Shown in pieces: positions 1 to 11,223 of a DNA stretch of 32,351 nucleotides. Source of the stretch: Chiloscyllium plagiosum (Eukaryota). The stretch is taken from NCBI RefSeq assembly GCF_004010195.1, contig NC_057717.1, positions 103,097,667 through 103,130,017 on the forward strand, read 5' to 3'. Numbering within the stretch: the first letter of the stretch is position 1; every line of letters begins with the position of its first letter. The position numbers and the translations under genes are program-made. Below the pieces are notes generated by a model, which was not told where the DNA came from, made no database searches, and worked only from the letters and a program-made list of their open reading frames with translations.

Positions 1-257
1 AATTGAACCACATAAATGCAACGGTTACAAGAGTAGGTCAGCATTTGGAATCCTCCAGCAAGTATCTCATCTCCTGACACCCCAAAGCCTGTCCATCATC
101 TACAAGGCACAAGTCAGGAGTGTTATGGAATACTCCCCGCTTGCCTTGTTGAATGCAACTCCAACAACACCAAAAACGGTTTGCCACCATCCAAGACAAA
201 GCAGCCATATCCCCTCCCACCACCACCGACGCTCAGTAGCAGCAGTGTGTACCATCT
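1..257 (+). mobile_element. LINE ORF2 3' fragment (CR1/L2-group, possibly Crack-like), part 1; interrupted by a SINE
   Basis: Plus frame reads LSIIYKAQVRSVMEYSPLA, a typical post-RT LINE motif. The sequence resumes at 573 after the SINE. Confidence 0.75.
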
Positions 258-572
258 TAGATTAGATTAGATTAGATTACAGTGTGGAAACAGGCCCTTC
301 GGCCCAACAAGTCTACACCGACCCGCCGAAGCGCAACCCACCCATACCCCTCCATTTACCCCTGACCTAACACTACGGGCAATTTAGCATGGCCAATTCA
401 CCTGACCTGCACATCTTTGGACTGTGGGAGGAAACCGGAGTACCCGGAGGAAACCCACGCAGACACGGGGAGAACGTGCAAACTCCACACAGTCAGTCGC
501 CTGAGGCGGGAATTGAACCTGGGTCTCAGGCGCTGTGAGGCAGCAGTGCTAACCACTCTGCCACTGTGCCAC
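258..572 (-). mobile_element. HE1-like V-SINE, full length
   Basis: Minus strand: tRNA-like head with A box TGGCAGAGTGG and B box GGTTCAATTCC; V-domain TGTGTGGAGTTTGCACGTTCTCCCCGTGTCTGCGTGGGTTTCCTCCGG; CR1-type 3' stem GGGCCGAAGGGCC; (TCTAA)n tail. Target-site duplication (TSD) CCATCT at 252-257 and 573-578. Confidence 0.92.
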
Positions 573-835
573 CCATCTACAAGATGCTCTGCAGAAATTC
601 GCCAAGGCTCCTCACACACAACTGATAAACTAACGACCACTTCCGTTTAGATGGACAGTGGTAGCAGTTATGTGGGAACACCACACCCTGCAAGTTCCCC
701 TCCAAGCCACTCACTATCCTAACTTGGAAATCCTGGAAGTCCCTTCCTAATAGCACTGTGGGTGTCCCTACACCACATGGACAGCAGTGATTCACAAAGG
801 TAGCACCTTCTCAAGATAACTAGGGTTGGGAATTA
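573..835 (+). mobile_element. LINE 3' fragment, part 2 (continuation of 1-257)
   Basis: Joins across the TSD (GTACCATCTACAAGATG). Contains TCCTGGAAGTCCCTTCCTAATAGC, a degenerate WNSLP-type C-terminal motif, and ends near CTAGGGTTGGGAATTAA. Confidence 0.7.
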
Positions 836-1704
836 ATTCACAATGATAAAAATCCTGAGGTGTTTCATCATTATTTGACGTCTCATCATTATTTTCTATT
901 GTCTGACATTTAGCTTGGTAAAATTCAAGATCCTTCATTCTAGTTTCCCAATTATAAAAAGCAATTAGTACAGTAGCTATCACGTTACGGTTTAATATTC
1001 TCACAGAAACTACCTGTGTTTGCACAGTAGATGTTGCAATTAGATCCTCTGTGTAATCTGCTAATTACATTCTTTTGACAATCTGTGTGTGGTTAGTTGT
1101 GCTGCCTTTAGCCAAATACAGTGATCAAACAACATTTAATATCTCTAATCTTTCTTCCCTTTCATCTCACTGCTGCCTCTCCTGGTTGTCCTCACATGAT
1201 GCCCTGGACCCTTTTTTTTTGAAAGTGAGGAATTTGTGAAGAATGATGACTCATATGGACCTCACTTTTGAAACTTGGATGGGTGGCATGTTGGAGGCGA
1301 GTGGGGGATCTGCTTTAGGTAGCAAAAGAAATAGAAACAATCTGGTATCCAAACCTTGGCAAGAGGGCAGAACCCAAGGAAAACATTTCAGGGAATTTGC
1401 AAAGAAGGTAGAGTTGGTTTCTGTCCTGTCTGACTCCATGACTCTGTCTGAAAAGCAGGTTTGGACACAACTTTGCTGTGATCAGCTGATGTAAGCAGAA
1501 TATTGAACATAATTGGGTACAAATGAATGGAAGAGTTTACATCAGATTTGGTGGCCAAATCATTCTACAAATCCAGATGACAGAATCACAGAATTGCTAC
1601 GGGGCAGAGTCAACTCATTTCGACTCCCATTGTGCCCATACTGACTCACTATGTAAGCGCCATTACTTAGTGCCATTGGTCTGCCTATTCAACTGATCTG
1701 AATG

Positions 1705-2013
1705 ACAGAATCATCCAATCTCTAGTGTGAAGAAAGAGGCCATTTGGCCCGTCAGATCTGCACCATCCCATTCCCGTAACCCCGCTTGGGTTTTTTTTAA
1801 CCATGGCTAATCTAGCCGGCCTGCACATCCCTAAACATACGGTGCAATTTGTCACGGCCAGTCCACCTAATCTGCGCAGGTTATGAAGATGGGAGGAACC
1901 CGGAGCACCCGGAGGAAACCCACGCAGACACGGGGAGAACGTGCAAACTCCACACAGACAGTCACCCAAGGCTGGAGTTGCACCTAGGTTCCTGGTGCTG
2001 TGAGGCAGTAGTA
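1705..2013 (-). mobile_element. HE1-like V-SINE, diverged, head slightly truncated
   Basis: V-domain at about 1890-1960 is near-identical to 425-492; 3' stem GAGGCCATTTGGCCC near 1736-1750. Confidence 0.88.
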
Positions 2014-2165
2014 CAGCCTGGTCCTAATCATGGAATTACAAAGAAGAAGTGAGGCAATTGTGCCTGCATTAGCGTCCAAAGGAGTGTGGTGATTTAATGA
2101 CATTCTCCAGCCATTTCCCAGTAACTCTGCACATTGATTCTATTTAATAATCATCATGTGTTGAT

Positions 2166-2629
2166 TGATTTACCAGGATGTTGCCAGGAACTGAGAGTTT
2201 GAGTTATAAGGAGAGGCTGGATAGGCTGGGACTTCTTTTTAACTGGAGCTTTGGAGATTGAGAGGTGACTGTATAGAGGTTTATAAAATCCTGAAGGGCA
2301 TGGAAAAGGTGAATGGCAGGTCTTTGTTTTTCCCTAGGGTGGGGGATTTTAAGAGCGGTGGCAAATTCTTAATTTGCGACAAAAAGGATTTATAAAAGAC
2401 ATGAGGGGCAATTTTTTTTTATACACAGAGAGTGGTTTGTGTGTGGAGTAAACTTCCAAAGGGAGTGGATAATGTTTAAAAGACATTTGGACAGGCTGGT
2501 CAGTAAGAAATGTTTGGAGGGATATGAGCCAGGAGCAGGCAGATGGGAATGGTTTAGTTTGGGATTATGGTCAGCATGGACTGGTTGAACCGAAGGGTCT
2601 GTTTCCGTGCTGTATGACTCTATGACTCT
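2166..2629 (+). mobile_element. CR1/HER1 LINE 3' fragment
   Basis: Degenerate FTRMLPG...YKERLDRLGL motif; CR1 3' UTR with GAACCGAAGGGTCTG stem and (ATGACTCT)n tail. Confidence 0.9.
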
Positions 2630-3828
2630 TGGAATGTTGGAAGCTGGAAAAGATGAATGTCCAAAGCTACAATCAGTGGCGAAAGAGTTGGTAAGAGGAA
2701 GACTGAGAATATGCAGGATGCAAAAAATTAATTCCACTACTAATAAGAACATGGCTCAGACAAGATACAATGCTTTCTATAGAATCTCCAAGTTAAACCT
2801 CTGCAATGGCTTTGGGAAATGTTTAAAGAATGGGAGTGCTGTGTCTTTGATGATCCTACGACTTACATAGAAGAGGAAACTAAAGAAAGAGCAAAGAAAC
2901 ATGGGCTCAATAATGTCAAGAGCGATTTGACACAGTGACGGGCACACAGTCTGGTTCAGAACCAACAATCATCAAGTGATTTGAATTATCCCCATTGTTC
3001 TTGAGAAGATGATGGAATGGTCTTAAATCGTGACACTGACTCCAGTGATTGGGGCAGCCGTCCACGTTTCCATTTCGAGTCGATATCTGAGCCAGTGTTT
3101 AGACAGCATTTTGAAAAAAAAAAGTCTTCAAGGGTTCATTGATCAAAAAGCAAAATTCTGGGGGTGTGTAAGACGGTAGGTTCATCTCAATCCCTGAAGG
3201 AAGTGGATTCAAAGTTGGCAACCGAATGTTTGCTAAACAGAACAGCAGAACTGGAAGGATTAAACATGGTGGTGGTAGACATTGGATCACAAGCCTCACT
3301 GCTCTCCAGGGAAATTAAGTGCTTGTGGTACCTTAAGCCAGACTGCGATGAGCTGCCTTCATAATTAATTAACCAACACTTGAATTAAATATTTGAGAAT
3401 GTTTTTCCTTGACTGAATATGTGGTTGCATTGCCAGGGTAGTGTTAAGCTGCATGGATCAGAGAGCCTTGTGATACATTAACTGGCCTCTTTCTAAGGTA
3501 ATGGGGAATGTAAAGCAGTCTGCATTAAAAACACTGACTTTACAACAGCTGCTTCAGGCTGCATCAAGCTGGGCTGATAGAGTGCACTCTCCTTGTTGAA
3601 CTGCTTACCCTGTTAGGCTGTTAGGAACTACCACATGAGGAAATGTCAGGGTGAGAACATAGGAATTCAAAGTAGGTGTATGTAATAAACCAGCACCTCC
3701 AACTACCAACCAGAACTTGCTCCACTTTTCAATAGAATCAGCTAATTGTCTAACTCCCAACCCCCCTTCCTGACTTGTCACCATTTCTAATGACTTACTT
3801 AGGGTTGGATTTTGACTGATTTGGGAAG

Positions 3829-4230
3829 ACATAGAACAAAGAACACAGAAAAATACAGTGCAGAACAGGCCCTTCGGCCCTCGATGTTGCACTGACTTGT
3901 GAACTATTCTCAGTTTGTCCCCCTACACTATCCCAAAATCATCCATGTGCTTATCTAAGGATTGTTTAAATCTCCCTCATGTGGCTGAGTTGACTACATT
4001 GGCAGGTAGGGCATTCCACGCCCTTACCACTCTCTGTGTAAAGAAACTGCCTCTGACATCTGTCTTAAATCTATCACCCCTCAATTTGTAGTTATGCCCC
4101 TCTCGTACAAGCTGACATCATCATCCTAGGAAAAAGTCTTTCACTGTCTACCTTATCTAATCCTCTGGTCATCTTGTATGTCTCTATCAAATCCCCCCTT
4201 AGCTTTCTTCTTGCCAATGAGAACAGACCT
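3829..4230 (-). mobile_element. CR1/HER1 LINE 3' fragment
   Basis: Tail ACATAGAACAAAGAAC and CAGGCCCTTCGGCCCTCGATGTTGC closely match 30256-30320; WNALP motif on the minus strand. Confidence 0.9.
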
Positions 4231-5375
4231 TTCAAAATGGCTTGGAAGTGGACATCCTGCTTCCATCTCCAATGGATTCAATGACCACCGGTAGGTGGAT
4301 GGAAGCTGTGGTTGCCACAGGCAGAAAAGTCAAACTCAACAGGAATATTTGTACCCAATGCTGAGGTCAAACTCTTCCTGTTTTAGATGTTCCATAGATC
4401 TTAACCCACAGTGTGGGCCCCCAGATTGTTAAAGTGGACATAAATGCTCTTGATGTAATGTCTTTAAATGAAGGTTTTAAACTTTAACATTGGTAAAAAG
4501 GATTAAACTGTTAGTGAAAGTTTAAAGAATTTTTTGCTGGACAGGCCACCTGGTATAGGTCAGGAAAAGATATATCATTTGGTGTATAGTTTCAATTATT
4601 GTTAATATTTCCCAAGGAGTCAATAAAAAAAAAAATCTTGGCTGATTTTCAGAAGCTATATTTATCACAGCCAGGGGTTTTGAGTTCACAGTTTTATTAG
4701 GGGACTGAAGAGACTATTAAAGGATCATGTTCTATTTGGGATACCACAAATTGTTACATTTCTCAGTGAGGAGGGATGAAATGGCTCCCCCTCTTAATCC
4801 ATCCACATAGCCACATCCCCTCCCGATATCCACAAGGTGAATTTAAAACCCCTCCCTCCCCTCATGGATGCCCTGCTCTCAAACTCAAATAATTTACATC
4901 TTAAGAGGACCCAAGCATTCTTGTGTGGAACCAAGGTTGAATTTTTTTTTAATTGAGAAGATGTAATAATGCAGCGTATGTACACACAGATTAGAAATGC
5001 GAGGTGAGTCCAAAACACGACAAAAGAGGTCCATAGGGTTGCTTTATCATTAATATTGGACGCCATGGCCAACACCAAGTCAATTGGGGAGTTCCGTGAT
5101 GACTCATTGACCTTGCAAAGGCTGCACATTCTGGTTGCTAATCAGTTTTCCACTTGCATCTCATAATAAGTGCTGTCTTAATCGCCTGTCAATAACTCTA
5201 TTTCATCCAATCGCTTCCAATGGTATGGGTTAGCTGTTCAGTACTGGTGTTTGCTTTTGTAATCTGTACCAGTTTGGATGTTGACTAATAGCAGTTTTGC
5301 TCCTATGACTGGCCCAACAGCAGAACAATTAATGCCTTTTCCGAATACCCTCTGCCTATTTTAAGAGATGTCACC

Positions 5376-5603
5376 TGAAATAATACCATGAAGGCCAGTA
5401 TCCCGTCACCAAGTCTCCCTTTACTGACACACAGAGAGTCCTTGACGCTGATCCATCTCCCTCAGTGCCAGCTCTCAGAGTGAACAGAACCTCTAACCTT
5501 CCTGTTGATTTCTGTCATCCACGGCTCCCTGATTGGACTAGGTTAACAGCCCCAATCAGAGAACTCACATTCCAGTTGGACTTACCTTGTTCCAATTACT
5601 ACA
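5376..5603 (-). mobile_element. Short solo LTR (228 bp), family A
   Basis: TG...CA termini with imperfect inverted ends (TGAAATAA / TTACTACA); 5-bp flanks TCACC (5371-5375) and TCACT (5604-5608); homologous to 16561-16773. Confidence 0.75.
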
Positions 5604-5944
5604 TCACTCATTTATTTTAACTCTGTGAAGGTTCTGTTAAAATAGCAATTTTTGCCATAACTCTTTACAATGCTCCTCACGACCTTATCTCTCCAATCCT
5701 CTTGCCTATGATCCCAATTATCAATCCATCCTAATAACTTGTGTCTTTTTTGCACCCACTGTTTGCCCATGTGGTTCTGTTCTCTGACATTCCCTCCCTG
5801 AACTACGCTACAGCTTAACTGCACTCTCCGCTAGCTCGAATCTGATCTATTTAAGCCTCTGTGGGTGTCCTCATGTCAGTCTGATCCACACCCCCTAATC
5901 TCTCCTTTCCTGACTTGGCAAACATTTCTTCATGTGGAAAGCAC

Positions 5945-6327
5945 AGTCCACTCTTGGTCACAGTGTCACAGGTTCAGATCCACAAACATTAAGAATGTTA
6001 ATTCAGCTGCCAGTCCTCTGCAGGACTGAGGGAGAGGCACACTGTGGGAGTTATCATCTTTTGACCAAACCATTGGGCTGTGGTCCTATATTCCCTCACC
6101 AATGCACTCCACAGATCCTACTGGAAGAAGACCAGGGGATCTCATACCCAGTCATGTGGCTCGATGGTGTCATTATGACACACACTGAAGCCAATCAATC
6201 CAGTGACCCAATATTTGATCAATGTTTATCATTCAACTGAGAAAACAATCAAAGTCACATTGTTCTGGCAGCTTGCTTGTGCAAAACTGGCGGGAGCAAT
6301 TTCTTAAACGAGACCAGTGCTTACATG
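5945..6327 (+). mobile_element. Deu-domain SINE (SacSINE1-like), 5' part, diverged
   Basis: GCAGGACTGAGGGAGAGGCACACTGTGGGAG, GAAGAAGACCAGGGGA and GCTTGCTTGTGCAAAACTGGC resemble the Deu-SINE body; the 3' tail lies at 10704-10783. Confidence 0.65.
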
Positions 6328-6328
6328 T

Positions 6329-9300
6329 GGATTGGATTGATCTAGATTTATTGCCACACGTGCTGAGACCCGTGCAGTGCAAACTTTACAGTTGCCAAAT
6401 TACAGTGTCATCTTACGGACAGAGGTACCCAGGAACTTAAGATCAATTCCTTAGGAAACTAAAATGTTTAGAAAAGTGAAGGAATTTAGAGTTCAGCATT
6501 GGAGGTCATAGGAATAAATTAGGACAATAAAGAAGCAAAACATTCAGGCAAAGTCTTTCTGGGAGAACAGGCCCACGGCTGTGTCCAGCCTCCGGTCACC
6601 AGGAGAACGGTCTCACTGCTGTCCCCGATCACCAGGAGAATGGTCTCACTGCTGTCCCCGATCACCGGGAGAATGGTCTCACTGCGGTCCCCGATCACCG
6701 GGAGAATGGCCTCACTGCTGTCCCCAATCACCAGGAGAACGGTCTCACTGCTGTCCCCGATCACCGGGAGAACGGTCTCACTGCTGTCCCCGATCACCGG
6801 GAGAATGGCCTCAACTGCTGTCCCCGATCACCGGGAGAATGGTCTCACTGATGTCCCCGATCACCGGGAGAACGGCCTCACTGTTGTCCCCGATCACCGG
6901 GAGAATGGTCTCATTGCTGTCCCCGATCACCAGGAGAATGGTCTCACTGCTGTCCCCGATCACCGGGAGAATGGTCTCACTGGTGTCCCCGATCACCGGG
7001 AGAATGGTCTCACTGCTGTCCCCGATCACTGGGAGAATCGCCTCACTGCTGTCCCCGATCACCGGGAGAATGGCCTCACTGCTGTCCCCAATCACCAGGA
7101 GAACGGCCTCACTGCTGTCCCCAATCACCAGGAGAACAGTCTCACTGCTGTCCCCAATCACCGGGAGAACAGTCTCACTGCTGTCCCCAATCACCGGGAG
7201 AATGGCCTCACTGCTGTCCCCGATCACCGGGAGAACAGTCTCACTGCTGTCCCCGATCACCGGGAGAACGGTCTCACTGCTGTCCCCGATCACCAGGAGA
7301 ATGGTCTCATTGCTGTCCCCGATCACCGGGAGAACAGTCTCACTGCTGTCCCCGATCACCGGGAGAATGGCCTCACTGCTGTCCTCGATCACCAGGAGAA
7401 TGGTCTCACTGCTGTCTCTGATCACCGGGGGAACGGCCTCACTGCTGTCCCCAATCACCGGGAGAACGGTCTCACTGCTGTCTCTGAACACCGGGAGAAC
7501 GGTCTCACTGCTGTCCCCAATCACCGGGAGAATGGTCTCATTGCTGTCCCCGATCACCGGGAGAATGGCCTCACTGCTGTCCCCGATCACCGGGAGAACG
7601 GCCTCACTGCTGTCTCTGATTACCGGGAGAACGGTCTCACTGCTGTCCCCAATCACCAGGAGAACGGCCTCACTGCTGTCCCCGATCACCGGGAGAACAG
7701 TCTCACGGCTCTCCCCGATCACCGGGAGAATGGCCTCACTGCTGTCCCCGATCACAAGGAGAATGGCCTCACTGCTGTCCCAGATCACCAGGAGAATGGG
7801 TTCACTGCAGTCCCCGATCACCGGGAGAACTGTCTCACGTCTGTCCCCGATCACCGGGAGAACGGCCTCAGTGCTGTCCCCGATCACCGGGAGAACGGTC
7901 TCACGTCTGTCCCTGATCACCCGGGAGAATGGTCTCACTGCTCTCCCTGATCACCGGGAGAACGGCCTCACTGCTGTCCCCGATCACCGGGAGAACGGTC
8001 TCACTGCTGTCCCCGATCACCGGGAGAACGGTCTCATGTCTGTCCCTGATCACCGGGAGAACGGCCTCACTGCTGTCCCCAACCACCAGGAGAACGGCCT
8101 CACTGCTGTCCCCGATCACCGGGAGAATGGTCTCACTTCTGTCCCCGATCACCGGGAGAATGGTCTCATTGCTGTCCCCGATCACCGGGAGAACAGTCTC
8201 ACTGCTGTCCCCAATCACCGGGAGAATGGCCTCACTGCTGTCCTCGATCACCGGGAGAATGGTCTCTTTGCTGTCCCCGATCACCGGGAGAACAGTCTCA
8301 CTGCTGTCCCCGATCACCGGGAGAATGGCCTCACTGCTGTCCTCGATCACCGGGAGAATGGTCTCACTGCTGTCTCTGATCACCTGGAGAACGGTCTCAC
8401 TGCTGTCCCCAATCACCGGGAGAATGGTCTCATTGCTGTCCCCGATCACCGGGAGAACAGTCTCATTGCTGTCCCCGATCACCGGGAGAATGGCCTCACT
8501 GCTGTCCCCGATCAACGTGAGAACGGCCTCACTGCTGTCCCCAATCACCAGGAGAACGGCCTCACTGCTGTCCCCGATCACCGGGAGAACAGTCTCACTG
8601 CTGTCCCCGATCACCGGGAGAACGGTCTCACTGCTGTCCCCGATCACCGGGAGAACGGCCTCATGTCTGTCCCTGATCACCGGGAGATCGGCCTCACTGC
8701 TGTCCCCGATCACCAGGAGAACGGCCTCACTGCTGTCCCCGATCACCGGGAGAATGGTCTCACTGCTGTCCCCGATCACCGGGAAAATGGTCTCATTGCT
8801 GTCCCCGATCACCGGGAGAACAGTCTCACTGCTGTCCCCGATCACCGGGAGAATGGCCTCACTGCTGTCCTCGATCACCGGGAGAATGGTCTCACTGCTG
8901 TCTCTGATCACCTGGAGAACGGTTTCACTGCTGTCCCCAATCACCAGGAGAATGGTCTCATTGCTGTCCCCGATCACCGGGAGAATGGCCTCACTGCTGT
9001 CCCCGATCACCGGGAGAACGGTCTCACTGCTGTCTCTGATCACCGGGAGAATGGTCTCATTGCTGTCCCCAATCACCGGGAGAATGGTCTCATTGCTGTC
9101 CCCGATCACCGGGAGAACAGTCTCACTGCTGTCCCCAATCACCAGGAGAACGGCCTCACTGCTGTCCCCGATCACCGGGAGAACAGTCTCACTGCTCTCC
9201 CCAATCACCGGGAGAACGGCCTCACTGCTGTCCCCGATCACCGGGAGAACGGCCTCACTGCTGTCCCCGATAACTGGGAGAATGGTCTCACGTCTGTCCC

Positions 9301-10703
9301 CGATTACCGGGAGAACGGTCTCACTGCTGTCCCCGATCACCGGGAGAATGGCCTCACTGCTATCCCCGATCACCGGGAGAACGGCCTCATTGCTGTCCCC
9401 GATCACCGGGAGAATGGTCTCACTGCTGTCCCCAATCACCGGGAGAATGGCCTCACTGCTGTCCCCGATCACTAGGAGAATGGCCTCACTGCTGTCCCCG
9501 ATCACCGGGAGAATGGCCTCACTGCTGTCCCCGATCACCGGGAGAATGGTCTCAATGCTGTCCCCGATCACCGGGAGAATGGCCTCACTGCTATCCCCGA
9601 TCACCGGGAGAACGGCCTCACTGCTGTCCCCGATCACCGGGAGAATGGCCTCACTGCTGTCCCCGATCACTAGGAGAACGGCATCACTGCTGTCCCCGAA
9701 AACCGGGAGAACGGCCTCACTGCTGTCCCCGCTCACTAGGAGAATGGCCTCACTGCTGTCCCCGATCACTAGGAGAACGGTCTCACAGCTGTCCCCGATC
9801 CCTGGGAGAACGGCCTCACTGCTGTCCCCGATCACCGGGAGAATGGCCTCACTGCTGTCCCCGATCACCGGGAGAACGGCATCACTGCTGTCCCCAATCA
9901 CCGGGAGAATGGCCTCACTGCTGTCCCCGATCACCGGGAGAACGGCCTCACTGCTGTCCCCGATCACTGGGAGAATGGCCTCACTGCTGTCCCCGATCAC
10001 CGGGAGAACGGTCTCACTGCTGTCCCCGATCACCGGGAGAATGGCCTCACTGCTGTCCCCGATCACCGGGAGAATGGCCTCACTGCTGTCCCCGATCACC
10101 GGGAGAACGGCCTCACTGCTGTCCCCGACCACTGGGAGAACGGTCTCACTGCTGTCCCCGATCACCGGGAGAATGGTCTCACTGCTGTCCCCGATCACCA
10201 GGAGAATGGCCTCACTGCTGTCCCTGATCACCGGGAGAATGGACTCACTGCTGTCCCCGATCACCGGGAGAATGGTCTCACTGCTGTCCCCGATCACCGG
10301 GAGAATGGCCTCACTGCTGTCCCTGATCACCGGGAGAATGGCCTCACTGCTGTCCCCGATCACCGGGAGAATGGCCTCAGTGCTGTCTCCGATTCCTGGG
10401 AGAATGGTCTCACTGCTGTCCCCGATCACCGGGAGAATGGCCTCAGTGCTGTCTCTGATCACTGGTAGAACGGTCTCACTGCTGTCTCCAGCCTCCCATC
10501 ACCGGTCGAAGCCATGCCCGCTGCTCTGCTTGCGACTGACCCAGTCTCTACAGAAGAGAAAGGAGTAAACACGGAAAGGGAAGTCAAATCAAGTGAAAGG
10601 AAAAAGTGTAGGCAAAAAGTAAAACGATGAAGGAAAGGAAACGGGAGCAGATGGGCCTCGACTGACAGACTCCACACAGCCCTGTTAGTCCACTACCATC
10701 TTG
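6329..10703 (-). mobile_element. Probable non-autonomous non-LTR retroelement hosting the 33-bp minisatellite
   Basis: Minus strand begins CAAGATGGTAG (YY1-like 5' motif) followed by a pyrimidine-rich leader. It ends ...GCACGTGTGGCAATAAATCTAGATCAATCCAATCC (polyA signal plus short-repeat tail). It sits between two halves of a Deu-SINE. Confidence 0.55.
6601..10463. repeat. Minisatellite, 33-bp unit GGGAGAAYGGYCTCACTGCTGTCCCCGATCACC, 117 copies
   Basis: Length 3863 bp = 117 x 33 + 2. Two 1-bp insertions (about 6813 and 7921) explain the frame switches in the ORF track; 11-aa periodicity in the translations. Confidence 0.98.
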
Positions 10704-10783
10704 CAGTGAGCATCTGCACCTTCAATGGGCTCACAAACCCATTGGCACCTCACATTGGAGAGGTGCTATATAAATTCACATTT
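10704..10783 (+). mobile_element. Deu-SINE 3' tail (continuation of 5945-6327)
   Basis: CTTCAATGGGCT...GAGAGGTGCTATATAAATTCAC is an L2-type tail like that of Deu-SINEs. Confidence 0.55.
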
Positions 10784-11046
10784 AATCTCCCTTCCTCCTG
10801 AGAGTGAAGGGGCTGTGGAGATTGTTGTTACATTAAATGCCGAGTTTGGAGTTTGGTTTTATTGTTTGGCCACTGACAGTAGTCTGAGTAGAGACAGTTT
10901 CTTCGAGTGCCAGTCTCAGGCTGGACCCTTGGAAACATTGACGCTGACCAACGCGTGGAAAATGTGGTCAAACGAAAGTTCCTCCCAGCTCCGACCTGGG
11001 AACAAAGGCCCATCCCGTTGATGAATGAATCGCTTTTCAGCATCAG

Positions 11047-11152
11047 TTTCTGAGTCAGATACTGTCAGGTTCCAGCCTCACTCCAGGGTCTTGAGCACAA
11101 ATCCCTATCTCGTACTTCTGCCCAGCCCAGAGGGAATGCTGAGCTGTTGAAA
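11047..11152 (+). mobile_element. Deu-SINE head (segment 1 of a SINE split by three insertions)
   Basis: TCTGAGTCAGA...GGTTCCAGCC (B-box-like)...ACTCCAGGGTCTTGAGCACAAA...GAGGGAATGCTGAGCTGTTG. Confidence 0.65.
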
Positions 11153-11223
11153 TGGTGAGCAGGAATCGGTGTTGGACTGTGGTGTACAAAGTTAAAAATC
11201 ACACAACACTAGGTTTTATTTGG

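Noticed and set aside
500..572. tRNA-like sequences with A and B boxes (also about 19250, 22400, 28480)
   Set aside because: These are SINE heads continuing into SINE bodies; no complete cloverleaf.
864..894. TCATCATTATTT repeated with an 18-bp period
   Set aside because: A small local tandem duplication with no further structure.
6601..10463. CRISPR-like appearance of the 33-bp arrays (also 25758-27338)
   Set aside because: Units are directly head-to-tail with no unique spacers, there are no cas genes, and the context is vertebrate.
6581..10568. ORFs of 375-964 aa on both strands (possible repeat protein)
   Set aside because: They arise from a 33-bp unit that is stop-free in several frames. 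Several overlapping frames are open at once, 1-bp insertions switch frames, variants follow CpG decay rather than codon position, and no non-repeat domain is attached.
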